From NCBI RefSeq assembly GCF_009914755.1, contig NC_060932.1: 64,000 nucleotides of DNA; one strand, 5' to 3'. Made by a program: the position numbers and the translations under genes. The DNA comes from the human T2T-CHM13v2.0 reference genome, Homo sapiens. The notes under the pieces were generated by a model that saw nothing but the letters and a program-made list of their open reading frames with translations, did not search any database and was not told the origin of the DNA. Below, one piece after another: positions 18,035 through 31,836 of this stretch (positions within the stretch are counted from its first letter, which is position 1; every line of letters starts with the position of its first letter).

Positions 18035-18345
18035 TTTTTATTTTTTTATTTTTTATATTTTTGAGACAGGGTCTCACTCTTTGGCCCAGGCTGGAGTGCA
18101 GTGACATGATCACAGCTCACTGCAGTCTCGACCTCCTGGGCTTAGGTGATCCTCCCTCTTCAGCCTCCTGAGTAGCTGGGACTACAGGTGTGTGCCACCA
18201 TGCCTGGCTAATTTTTTTTATATTTTTGTAGAGACAGGGTTTTGCTGTGTTGCCCAGGCTGCTCTTGAACTGCTGGGCTCAAGCTATCTGCCCACTTTGG
18301 CCTCTCAAAGTGCTAGGATTACAGATATGAGCTATCATGCCCTAT
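18035..18345 (-). mobile_element. AluJ-type
   Basis: gagacagggtctcactct...gatcacagctcactgcag. Confidence 0.9.
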
Positions 18346-18858
18346 GTCTGATTTTTTATTCCATTTTATCCTCAGTGTCCAGAGCAAAGGCTCAGTGAAT
18401 ATTCATTGAATTAAAAATTAATCACACAAGGAATATGTTAAAAGTTACATTTGGTATAGTGTGAGAAAGTGTAGCTAACCAACAAGAAAGAAAAGTATAG
18501 CTAACCAATCAGAATGGGCACTGTCTGGGGTGTTGCATTAGTGTGCACCAGTGATTATGAGGCATGAGTGCAGAGGCAGGAGAGGGAGAGAGAGTTGTGT
18601 AGTTAGGGGAGGTGCCACTTGATCCAGGCTTGAAAGATTTGTGGATTTCAGGTTGGGGTGAGGGAGGAGGATGGTATTTAACTGCGGCAAATAATTTGAG
18701 TAAAAGTACAGAGGTGAGAATTCTGGAGAATAGTAAGCAGAACAATCTGGTTTAATCGGAGACGAGAAGTTTTTACAAGTCGTTTAGAGTCCAGATATTG
18801 CAGGGTCTGATATTTGTACTCTCCTTTTGTGCTCATTTTGTACTCTCATGTATCGTTG

Positions 18859-18860
<2 letters not shown>

Positions 18861-18908
<48 letters not shown>
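18861..18908. repeat. (GT)n microsatellite
   Basis: Read directly. Confidence 0.97.
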
Positions 18909-18912
<4 letters not shown>

Positions 18913-18923
18913 CTCCAAAAGAA

Positions 18924-19414
18924 TGAGGAAGCTGTCCTCACAGGGTTAACAAGAATTCTGGACAGAAATATAGCTATAATTGATCATTAATCAGGGTGCA
19001 CCTTGACTTCACAGGGTGCACCTTGACCACAGAAGTCATGTAGCACTAGATATTTACCATTTGCATCCTCATTGTTCCTATAATAGATATGATTTCCGAC
19101 ATTAGAATCATAAGGCTTTTGTTTAAGAGTTGCTTAAGGTGTTTTTAAGATTCTGAATTCCAGTAAATATAGTTTCTTCAACTCCCTGTCCCACAGCTTC
19201 ACCTGCACTCTTTGATCAATCAAGGATCTTCACACTTCGGCCTACTCCAAAACCCTTAACAACCCTAGCCTCAAACTCTTGGGGGAGACAAATCTGAGGT
19301 TCTCTCCTATCTCCTCATTTGGCAGCCCTATGATTGATCCTCTTTCTCTGCTGCAATCCCGTGTCTCAGCATATTGACTTGCCATGTGCAGTCAACGAAG
19401 CTATTACAGTTACA
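18924..19414 (+). mobile_element. ERV1 (MER4-group) solo LTR
   Basis: tg...ctgtcctcacagggttaacaagaattctggacagaaat...ctattacagttaca. Confidence 0.7.
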
Positions 19415-20313
19415 ATAATAACAATAAAACATTTGTGAATATTATTTTTCTGTCATCTCCCTTTTCATTGTTATTTAATTAATTTAACTAAATTTTAGAA
19501 GTTTAGTTTTAGAAACCCAGTGAATCATCAGCCTTTAACAAGCAGCATTAAAATTTAAAACGCTCAAAATGCACAAATTCTTTCATTTATTTTAGCAATA
19601 CATGTTCTCATAAAATCAGATTGCAACTTATTATCAATATTCAATGAATGAAAGAAAAAATAGTATATTTTGGCCATGTAATCCTTGGAGCTTGCCTCTT
19701 TGGCTCTCTCTTTTCTACAGGGGAAAATAAAAACAACCAGTAAATTTTTTATGTGGCGTATATAATCACAAGAATGGCAGGGTCACATTACATGCTCATA
19801 AATAAATCATTCTAAGGCTCCCTCATATGTATTACTCCCTCCTCAACCTTGTTCTGATCTAGGAGGCATTGAAGAGAAAGTAAGGCAGAAGCATCATTTT
19901 GTTATAGAGAAAACAAGGCTAATAAATACTGAATCCACTACTTGGACTCTCTTCGTTCCTTTTTTCCCAGCACTATTGACTGGGACACAGAATGTCTTTT
20001 ATCAGAACCTGAAAAAGTAAGATAGATTTAATCATTGATTTAAAAAAAAGATCTGAAAGAATTATTATCTTATTGTTATAGAAATAGACCAAGACACACG
20101 TTTTATTATTTGACTTGAACGTGGAATCTCATTGGATACACTGTATACACTGGAAAAGAATGCCCGTAATAATTGAGTTATCAGAATGTCATTCTGACTT
20201 AAGTAATACACGAAAAGAGATTTCAGTATTGCACTATTGTGTATTCTCCTATCAAATAGCACAAATGCCTCTTTCGAGGAAAATAAAGAGATAATGGGAT
20301 GAACATATAGATA

Positions 20314-20455
20314 AAATTAAGGTTACTACAATAAAAATCTTCATACCATATTTGCATTTTCATGATATGAATTTGCATTTCATATGAGAAATAACATTTC
20401 ATATAATGAAAATGCAAATATGGTATTAAGACTTTTATTGTAGTAACCTTAATTT
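20314..20455. repeat. 58-bp inverted repeat with 26-nt spacer
   Basis: Arms 20314-20371 and 20398-20455 pair with 3 mismatches. Confidence 0.9.
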
Positions 20456-20546
20456 CTTTCTTTCTCTTACATTAAAAAAATTGAACCCACCAATGTAAAA
20501 CAAAGGATTCACCTTAAGAATTGGTTTTATGCCTTTAAAATATTAA

Positions 20547-20900
<354 letters not shown>

Positions 20901-21274
20901 CCCTTGCAATTATTGAATGAGCATACAGAAACATTCAGATTACTCCCTTTCATTAGTTTTAAAAAGATGCTAATCTCAATGATCTACACAGGCCAATTTG
21001 TTAAAAGATAAAATGGTTTAATATTTGGTGAGTAGAACCTCAGAGCCTAATCAGTTCAGCACCAACTTCATCGCGGTGATTGACTAGTCAGAATCATCTT
21101 CGCATTTAAATCCTTTTCTCGTCTCCTGTATTTCCCAAAGCTTTTTAGCATTCTGTGATTTCCATTGTTATTCATTCTTCCTTGCATCTTTATATTTGCT
21201 ACATTACAACTTACACTGTTCATGTCATTTTAAAAAATTTTAATATTTTAATTTTTCCAAATGAATTTAAACAT

Positions 21275-21569
21275 TGTCATTTCAAAATATAATCCACATA
21301 AAATGGTGAAAAAAGATATTTTATACGCTTGCTTTAAACTGTCTTCAAAATTTAGTGTATAATTTTACACTTACAGTGCATCTCAATTTGAAAGTTAAAT
21401 TTTATCAGATACACTTAATCTGTATTTAGATTTTATAAGATGTACAGTTGAAAGAAGATTTACATATCCAACTTGTTCCAAACACACCTTAACATTTTTC
21501 CAATAATTAAATCAAATGTCAGTTTTTAGAGTTAAATTTACACTAATTAAAATTGTATTTTAAAATTCC

Positions 21570-21570
<1 letters not shown>
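21275..21570. mobile_element. hAT-Charlie MITE (MER33-like)
   Basis: tttagtgtataattttacacttacagtgcatctcaatttg...ttaatctgtatttagatttt. Confidence 0.65.
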
Positions 21571-22907
<1,337 letters not shown>

Positions 22908-24542
22908 TTTTTTTTTTAAGGTAATTTTAGAACTTTATTTGATGTATTTGAGGATCAGCAGTTAGTTCTCATCCACACTAACTGTAGATTTTTGAAAGTG
23001 GTTACCCGTGATGGAAGTGACCACTGCCATCATTCTGGCTGCAGGAGAGAGGCGGGGCTGGGGCTGGACACTCCATGGAGCCGGTGGGAGCCCCGCCCCT
23101 TCTCAGTTGGGATGAGAGCTCCCCGGGTGACGCTGCAGCCACCCGAAACACAGCTGCAGACCCAGGTGTCTTGCTCTATGGAGGAGGCAGGAGTCCCATC
23201 CTCCTGGGCGGGCTACAACCACCCAAACTGCAGCCACGGCTCCGAGCCTCCCTGTGTTCTCATGGGAGGGGCAGGAGCAGGCAGGATCTGCCCCGCTACC
23301 GGTGCTGCTGCGGCCACCCTCCCAGGCGGAGGAGCCGGGCGTCTCTGCAGCCGGCACTCTCAATGGCCCCAGGAAGGATGCCCCGCCATCCCTGCAGGTT
23401 CAGGGGTGTCTGCTCCCACTGTCTGGCCTCTCTCCACTTCTGGTGCCTGCTCCAATCTCCTAGCAGGGCTTGGGCTGAGCCACAGGGCCTTGACTGGCAG
23501 CGGGAGGCAGACAGAGTCCTGGGATGAAGGGGGCAGGTCCCCAGTAAAGCCCCACCTTCAGGCCAGGGAGGGCCTGCAGGCTGCGGGCTAGGCTGCCAGT
23601 CCCGTGGACCTGAGTGGGGACTCATGGTGCCTCTTCTGGGCTCCCTATGGCTGCCCAGGGACCAATTGGCAGGCACTTCCTCCCCTCTGAGGTCCAGGGC
23701 AGAGGACAATGGCCGGAGGAGAGGACAGCAGAGAGATGACAGTAGAACCAGATGCAAAGAGGAGTACCCTCTCGCTGAGAGCTACAGAGATGACCTGATG
23801 GTAGGGAGGAGCTACTTTCCCTGCTGAGAGCTTCAGAGACCAGTAGAGAGGAGCTACTGTCTCTGCTGAGAACTTCAGAGACCTGCAGAGACGAGCTACT
23901 CTCTGCTGAGAGTTTCAGAGACCTGCAGAGATGTCCAAATGACTTACCTGTGGACAGGAGCCACCCTCTCCAGGGCCTCCTCTCTGCTGAGAACTGAACC
24001 TTGGACGGATGACCTGCCTACAGAGATGAGCTACCCACTGCATGTCTCCTCCGAGTTGTTGTAACACTTAATAAAGCTTATCTTCATCCTGTTTACCCTT
24101 CATTTGTCTGTATACCTCATTCTTCCGGAACACAGGACAAGAACTCAGGCAAGGGTGCCATCAGCCACAGAGGTTTCTGGGAAGAAAATCAACACCCCAA
24201 AGATCCCAGTACACAGGTACATAGGTAACAAAAGTATTTGTTACTTTTCCCGGACAACCACACATGGATACGATATGGGACATTCTTTATTCCTTTGGCC
24301 CAGACAGCTTAGTTAAGCCTGGTATCAATGCACACATCTGGAGTTCATGTCTTCTTCATGGCAAATTTCCAGATCTCTTTGAGTGCTGGAGGGGCATGCT
24401 TCTTCAAGCCCACTCCATGGATGTGTTTGTGAATGTTGATGATGTATTCTTGTCACCACATCGTTGATGGGGGAACGGCCCTTTTTCTTCCAGCCACCCT
24501 TCTTTGTGGGAGTCATTCTGCTGGGCCCAAGTTGGAAAGGCC
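22908..24542 (-). pseudogene. RPL31P: RPL31 processed pseudogene, split by an LTR
   Basis: Minus strand: 5' TOP cctttccaacttgggccc, [23 protein letters not shown] (RPL31 is [23 protein letters not shown]); C-terminus VTTFKNLQ...VDEN*, AATAAA and polyA at 22908-23008; no introns; frameshifts. Confidence 0.93.
23009..24213 (+). mobile_element. ERV1 LTR, MER52-like
   Basis: GC-rich long LTR with ctctgctgagagc repeats, AATAAA at 24070, end caccccaaagatcccagtaca. Confidence 0.8.
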
Positions 24543-24885
24543 ATAGTGCATTTCTTTTTATCATCAGATAGTATTCCTTTGTTTGGATATGCTACAATTT
24601 GTTTATCCTTTCATCTATTGAAGGATATCTTGGTTGCTTCCAGTTTTTGGCAGCTATAAGTTGCTATAAACATTTGTGTGCAGGTTTTTGTGTGGATATG
24701 TTTTCAAATCACTTGGGTAAATAACTAAGAGTGCAATTGGTGAATCATATGATAAGACTGTGTTTAACTTTGTAAAAAATACTGCCAAATGGTCTTCAAA
24801 GTGGCTATACTGTTTTGTATTTCCAGTAGTAATGAATGAAAGATCTGTTGCTCTGATCTTCTCTAGCAATTGGTATAGCCAGTTT
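24543..24885 (-). mobile_element. Old L1M 3' region (continuation)
   Basis: tagtattcc...gtttatcc...ttggttgcttccagtttttggc. Confidence 0.75.
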
Positions 24886-24888
24886 TAA

Positions 24889-25166
24889 TGAACTTTAGGG
24901 TAGGCACTAATCCAATGTGACTGGTGTTCTTATAAGAAAAGGAAGAGACATCAGAGATGAATGCACACTGAGAAAGGACCCTATGAGAATACAGCAAGAA
25001 GGCAGCCATGTACAAACCAAAGAGAGAGTCCTCAGGAGAAACCAAATCTGCCAACACCTCGATCTTGGACTTTCAGCCTCCAGAACTGTGTGAAAATAAA
25101 TATCTATTATTTAAGCCACCAAGTTTGTGGTATTTTGTTATGCCAGCCTGAGCAAACTAATACGCA
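24889..25166 (+). mobile_element. MaLR LTR (MLT1-like), partial
   Basis: taatccaatgtgactggtgttcttataag...gatcttggactttcagcctccagaactgtg...aaactaatac. Confidence 0.85.
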
Positions 25167-26667
25167 AGGTTTCAAAGTTTTTCTTCTATGTTTTCTTCAA
25201 GAAGCTTTATAGTTTTTGCATATAGATGTGGAATTTTAGCAGTACAAATTATTAAAGAGGCTGTCTTTTTCCATTGAAGTACTTTTGCAATTTTATTAAA
25301 GATCAGTTGACTATATTTGTATAGCATTATTATTCTTTTATTATTTAGATGAGTGCATGTGAATTAATATTTAAAACAGTATTACTTCCAAATAAGGCAA
25401 CGATTCATTTAGCTTAATATTAACTACAAGGCTATAAAGTGATCTGTATGACTCATTAAATCATTTGATTTTTTTTCTAGATGAGGTCAGACAGATCTAT
25501 TTCTTAGAAGAGAACATTTCAATTTGAGGAAAATGCCAATGATTTATTTTGGCATTTTGGGAGTCAGCCTCCAGGCCAAAATCTTATGTGTGATCATTCA
25601 GATCTAACCATGGGCAATGACAAAGGTTTTACCTGGCTTCCTCATTGGGGCAAGCTGCCCCTCTCACCCTAGGCTTTCTGCACAGCCAGTGCATTGCAGC
25701 CTCTGGAGAGAGTTGCAGTCAGAGACTCAGCTCCTGTTCAACTCCCCTCTCTCCTTTTAACACCCTTTCCCCTGCCTCCCGCTGACCATAACCTTACTAT
25801 ATCTGCATTCCTAGCCTAGGTGTCTCCATTCTAAGACATTACTTGGGGCAGCAGGGATACTCAACTGAAACTGATTAGGCACCTCTGTTGAGACCTACTT
25901 ATGGGAAGGCCCTGAAGAAACTTTTCTCTATTCTGACTCAGTACTTTTGTACTCCTAGCCCTCCCTTCTCAGGATTTGTAAAATGGCAGGAGCCTTTTTT
26001 CCAGAACTTCCTGGGCAGTGAAAGGATCCTGCTCCCACTCCTCCCACCTGTGCCAATACATCTCTTCCTCTGTTGGTGCTGTTCCATGGGGGGAAAAATG
26101 GAAGACTGGGAAAGCCACTGTCTACTTTCTGCTTTTGATCTAGTCCTTACACTGTCAGAGTAAGGGATTAAAGGCTTCATTGTTACCTATTTGACCATCC
26201 TGACACCTACGGCTCTCTACAGCACTTATTACAGTTCTTTCCTGACACTTAAATAGAGTCCTCAGTTCCTCCCAGTAATCTTTTATATGTCTATCTATCT
26301 ATCTGTACATCCACCTATCACTCTGTCTATCTACAAGATATTTTAATTAGTTTTATGGATTATGGCTAGAAGATGGGACCACAGTCTGAGAGCTTCCAGG
26401 AGCACTGAAATCTAGGACCTTCCACATCTGAAAATAAATGACCACTTTCAACTTTTAAAGTCCAAAATGTCATTATTGTGATAGTCATGAGAGCTGTACT
26501 TACTAAATTGGCTTAAGAAAAGATGATGGGCATCCACTAAATTTCATCTAGAATTATGGTGCATGTCACAATGTTTCTTAACTTCTCTAATGGTTAGGTT
26601 TTTATTTTCTTCACTTTTCAGGTGAGTAAATTTGTATCAGGATTACTAATTAAAATCAGATTCCTGG

Positions 26668-27384
26668 CTCTGGAGTAGGTAGCTAGTCAGACATGAGCAG
26701 GGCAGGAGAGGGCTCCTCACCCAGGAATGTTAGGTGACCATTAGGTGATGGTCAGGCAGTTGTTAAACTATGTCTCTGAAATGATCATTGGTCATAGCCA
26801 GTGCCATGGAAAGGCAGTCTCCCAATAGATGGAAAACACTTGGAGGTGGTGATCAGCGGCTTCCTGATAAGATCTCAGGAGTTGGGCAAGTGGGCTTAAG
26901 CATTCACACTAACAGGCAAAATAGTGGATGTATGACCTTCTCTGGGAGTGTTTGACCAGTAAAGGTGAATCACCCGTAGACAGCATGTGCACAACCTCAG
27001 TAAATGCACTACACATACAGTCATCCTCCCAAATGCTGACCAACACTGTGCGAGTGGCAGTTAAGCAACAACCTGCCCCAAGGGAAGGCTCAAGGGAGGA
27101 GAAACACAAACCCTGGAACCATGCCAATGTAAAACCCCAAGTCCAGGGCTGAACAGGGCACTTGGATCTCTCAAGTCACCTGCTTGGTCCTCTTCCAAGT
27201 CCACTTTGATTCCTTTCGCTCCTGCTCTAAAACTTTTAAAATAAACTCTCACGCCTGCTATAAAACTTGCCTCAGTTTCTCCCTCTACCTTATACCCTAC
27301 TTCTGCCCCTCAGCCGAGTTCTTTCCTCTAAGATGGCAGGGATTGAGTTTGCCACAGACCTGTACTGATTCACTGCTGGTTACA
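26668..27384 (+). mobile_element. ERV1 solo LTR, MER50-like
   Basis: ggagtaggtagctagtcagacatgagcagggcaggagagggc...aataaactctc...ttaca; homologous to the LTRs at 36177 and 37871. Confidence 0.85.
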
Positions 27385-28494
27385 CTAGGGGCCACCAAGC
27401 CAACTGAAGTAAGGGTTTCCAGGGGAGTTATTATAGTTAAGTGCCTGGGCTCATTCTAGTCATCAAAGAAGTTTGGTAATCCTGGCCAGACTTGAAGGTG
27501 AAAAAAGGTTTACAGTAAGTATCCTGGTCTTCCTGCCTTCAATTTATTAAATTGTCATAAAATTTATTAAGTTTGCCAGCAAAACCTTTATTATACTAGC
27601 ATTGTTTTGATTCTGCTTCACCCTTTATTCTTTATTCTTTGATTCTCCAGACTCCATTTGGTTTAAGGAAACATTCTCAAGGTTAAATTTTTATTTTCTT
27701 CACTTTTTGGGTGAGTAAATTTGTAAGAATTCTCAGGAAATTGGTGTCATCTAATTTTGGGAGATGTATTTTATTTGAGTGTGATGAAACTTACACTAGA
27801 CATATTTAAAATAAAGACAGACACATATAATTACACTTGCATGTATTTTCAGATCTCTGAAGTTGTTGCATAGGGCAATCTCATGATAGCCATAAGAGCA
27901 CTTCTTTATTTTGTTGTTTCTTATAGCTATGATTTATTGTATCTATTTGCAATCCCTAAAGAATTCTATAGAATTTTAAGTTAAATTTACATGGAGAATA
28001 TTTTTTTTTCTAATGCTTCAGCAGATTCACACAACAGCTGCTGGATTCTCCTTCAAATAGTTCAGTAACATGAAGATCTGGAAGAGATTTGGGCTTACTC
28101 TATATAACAGGCCCAGAGTTTGTCACTTATAATTGAAGCATAAGCTTCCCCATATTACAGTACTCCTTCCATCTCCATCATTAAGTAAAATCTATAATAC
28201 TTAAAAAGCTGTTATATATATTTATCCAGCTGACACCTGCACACATGAATACACTACTTTTTGAAATAGAAACACATATTTGCAAATTCATTATAGAAAC
28301 AAGCATCTCACTCATATTAAATTTCACAACAGAAATCACTGTAGCATAAAGGGTAACAGACTCTGTGTTACCTATAATGAATGCATTTGAGTTTACAGAA
28401 TGAGGCTCTAAATTATCATAACTTAGAATTTTAAATACTTGAATATAAAATAACTTTAGTTACTACTTTCCCAAGATGTTGATAAGGAGCACCC

Positions 28495-28498
<4 letters not shown>

Positions 28499-28538
<40 letters not shown>
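28499..28538. repeat. (CA)n microsatellite
   Basis: Read directly. Confidence 0.97.
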
Positions 28539-28540
<2 letters not shown>

Positions 28541-31461
28541 TTCAACTAAATGCTATTCTATAATAATAAAAGTATAAGTTTTGAAATGGGGCAATCTGAC
28601 TCTTGCAACAGATAGATTGAATGTGGAATGTGACTGGTATGGATCTTTTTGGTCATAACTGAAGATTTTTTCAGTTGGTAAAGCAGTTTCATAAAATGTG
28701 TTAGCCCCTGCCTTTACAGAATTCACAAGCTAGCAAGGGAGATAGATATATATAAAATATTAGAAGGCAAAACAACAAGTAAATACTTGTTGGAGGTAAA
28801 TGTACTATTTGAGGTAAGCACAGAAGGGGTGAGTCAGAGTGAGTTTGTCTGGAAAAGTCAGAACCACTCACAGAAGAGGAGATGAGTGTAGGGAAAGTAA
28901 ATAAATAGAGAAAGAAAGGGACATTTTAGGAAGAAAGAATATTCTGTGTCATGTAATGAAAGTGTGAAAAACTAAGATCTATGTGACAAAGTAGATGTCA
29001 CTTGGTATGACTGTAACATCGGATATATATATAAGAAAGAAGCCTCTCTTACCAAGGATAAATGAAGTTCCAGTGAAAATAAAGGTGATTGGAGTATCAT
29101 GCCATCACCTAAGACTTAAAACAACTTTTAAGGACTTGAAGGATTTATATTTAAACTGAAATATCTAATTTAGTCGACAGTAAGTATTCACAGAGAAAAA
29201 CATATGTACTCAAAGCATATGCAATACATTTGAAGAAGGAACTTCATTAAAGATCTGTATCTATGTGATTGGCAATCACCTTAGTTAATATATTTTCAGT
29301 ATAAGCATGGTATCAGGAAATACATGACCAGGTACTGACCAGCCACCCAAGGACTTCTAGGTATGCACATTTGAGGGCCTTCCATCAAAATAATCAGAAA
29401 GTCTTAGCAGAACTGCATTTATTACTTACTTAACAGGTTAGTCACCATGGCAGACCTTCTAATCTGCCTCTTAGTTCATTAATTTTGAAAATGAAAGGGT
29501 AACTCAGGATCAAGTTTTTAATATGAAAGAGGGTCCAAAAGTAATAAATATGGTAAATTTTTCAAAGGAAAGAGAGAGAATGCAGAGTAGTGGAAAACTT
29601 TAAAAATAAATTACTAGAGATACCACTTCCAGTGTGGGCCCAAGGAATTTACTACTAGGCTGAGCACATATAATATATAATTTATATGTGTTAATGTAGT
29701 TGATAGGTATCATATGATACCTATAATCCTTGGACAATATATGGAAAACAACTACCTGAAAACAGTAGAGAGTGAACAGAAGTAGGTGGATTCCACAGGA
29801 GAAATGACATTTGGAAGAAGGGACTCTCCTCTCTACCTTTTTAAAAATGTTTTTTACTTAAGGGTAATCAGAAGTTGGCAACATACTGAGTGGCTAAAAC
29901 ATCAGAAAAAAAAACATTTTTCTGGCTTGAAGAAACAAAGAACAGAGTTCAGATATATGAGAGATAATGGAAAGTGAAGGAAAAATCCTGGAAATGTGTG
30001 AGTAAAGGAGGGGAACCCCAAATTCTACATACATAAATTTTGAAAAAAAATTATGGTCACCCTATCCATGCATACATAAAGAAAACTGTAAGCAGCATAT
30101 GTTCAGTTTGAGACAAACCAAGTCAATTCCCTGCAAATAAAAACTCAACACCTTTTGGAGAAATTTAGAAGAACCCAGAGTTTCTAAATTACAGAATTCA
30201 TGATGTCCAGAATGCAATCCAGAATTACCAAAGCAAAATAGGAAAATATGACCCATTTTCAAAAGAAAAGGCAGTAAAAAGGATTGAACCCCAAAGTGAC
30301 CAAGATGTTGGAAATGGTAGATAGGATTTTAGAATGGATGCACAACTACACTGAATGAAACGAAGGGAAATCCACTCACTCACGATAAATAAAAAGATAG
30401 GAATTGTTAGAAGAGAGATAGAACCAAATGGAAATTCTAGAATTGAAAATATATTTGAAATTCAAATTTACTGGGCAAGTTTAGCAGCAGAAAGGAGATG
30501 GCAGAATAAAGGGTAAGTAACCCCTGAAGATAAATCAGTATAATTTATCTAATCAGAAGAAGGAAAAGGATAAAGATAGAAGAAAAAGAGGATTAGCATT
30601 TCAGGGACCTATGAAACAATAGCAAAAGGTCTTAGATATGTATATTGTTGTGTCTCAGAAGAAGAACGGAAAGAGAATCAGGGAAAAGAATATGTGGAAA
30701 ATAATGGCTGTGACTGCTACTTCTGGCCAAGATGGAGTAACAGAGACCAGATTTACCTCTTATTTAAAGCAACCCCCGAAATTAGATAAAATATGCAAGG
30801 CAACACTTTTTAAGACACTGAAAATCAGGCAATGATAACAGAAAAGAAATGAGGTCAGTACTATGATTGCTCCAGCTTACTGACTTGAGAGCACTTCCAG
30901 GCTACAGTGAAGGAGAAGTGACCCATTTGGGCCCAGTGGTCTTCCTAAGTTGCAGGGGAGAGGAGGACAGGGGGAGTTGTTCAATAAGGAAAGAGTTTCA
31001 GTTTTGCAAGATGAAAAAATTCTGGAGATTGGTTACACAACAATGTGAATATACTTAACACTGAATTTTATACTTAAAAATGGTTAATATGGTAAATACT
31101 ATGGTATGTGTATTTTACCATATTTTTTTAAGTGAAAACCCAGAAACAACCTAAATGTCTGAAAACAGGAACCTGATATTATAAAACACGGCATTGCCAT
31201 GTGACAGAAAACTCTATGTCCTCTAAAGATAAGGCATAGTGGAATAATATTTCATGACTTCAAGAGTCCATGATTTAGTATTAAGAAAAAAGTAGGATTA
31301 TAAAACAGCGTGTGAACTAGAATCCACTTTTTAAAAACATGTATATCTAAATAAGAAGTCTAGAATGTTCACAAGCATTATGACTAAGTGACACAATTAC
31401 AGGTATTTTTGCATCATTTGATATTTTTGAAATTTTCTATAATACATTATTTTTGTGATCA

Positions 31462-31836
<375 letters not shown>

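Noticed and set aside
22992-23757. Several long overlapping ORFs (up to 199 aa)
   Set aside because: They lie in a GC-rich LTR; few stops expected from composition, no protein resemblance.
23770-23995. Repeats of ctctgctgagagcttcagagacc resembling an array
   Set aside because: Internal tandem repeats typical of MER52-type LTRs; no unique spacers; eukaryotic DNA, not CRISPR.
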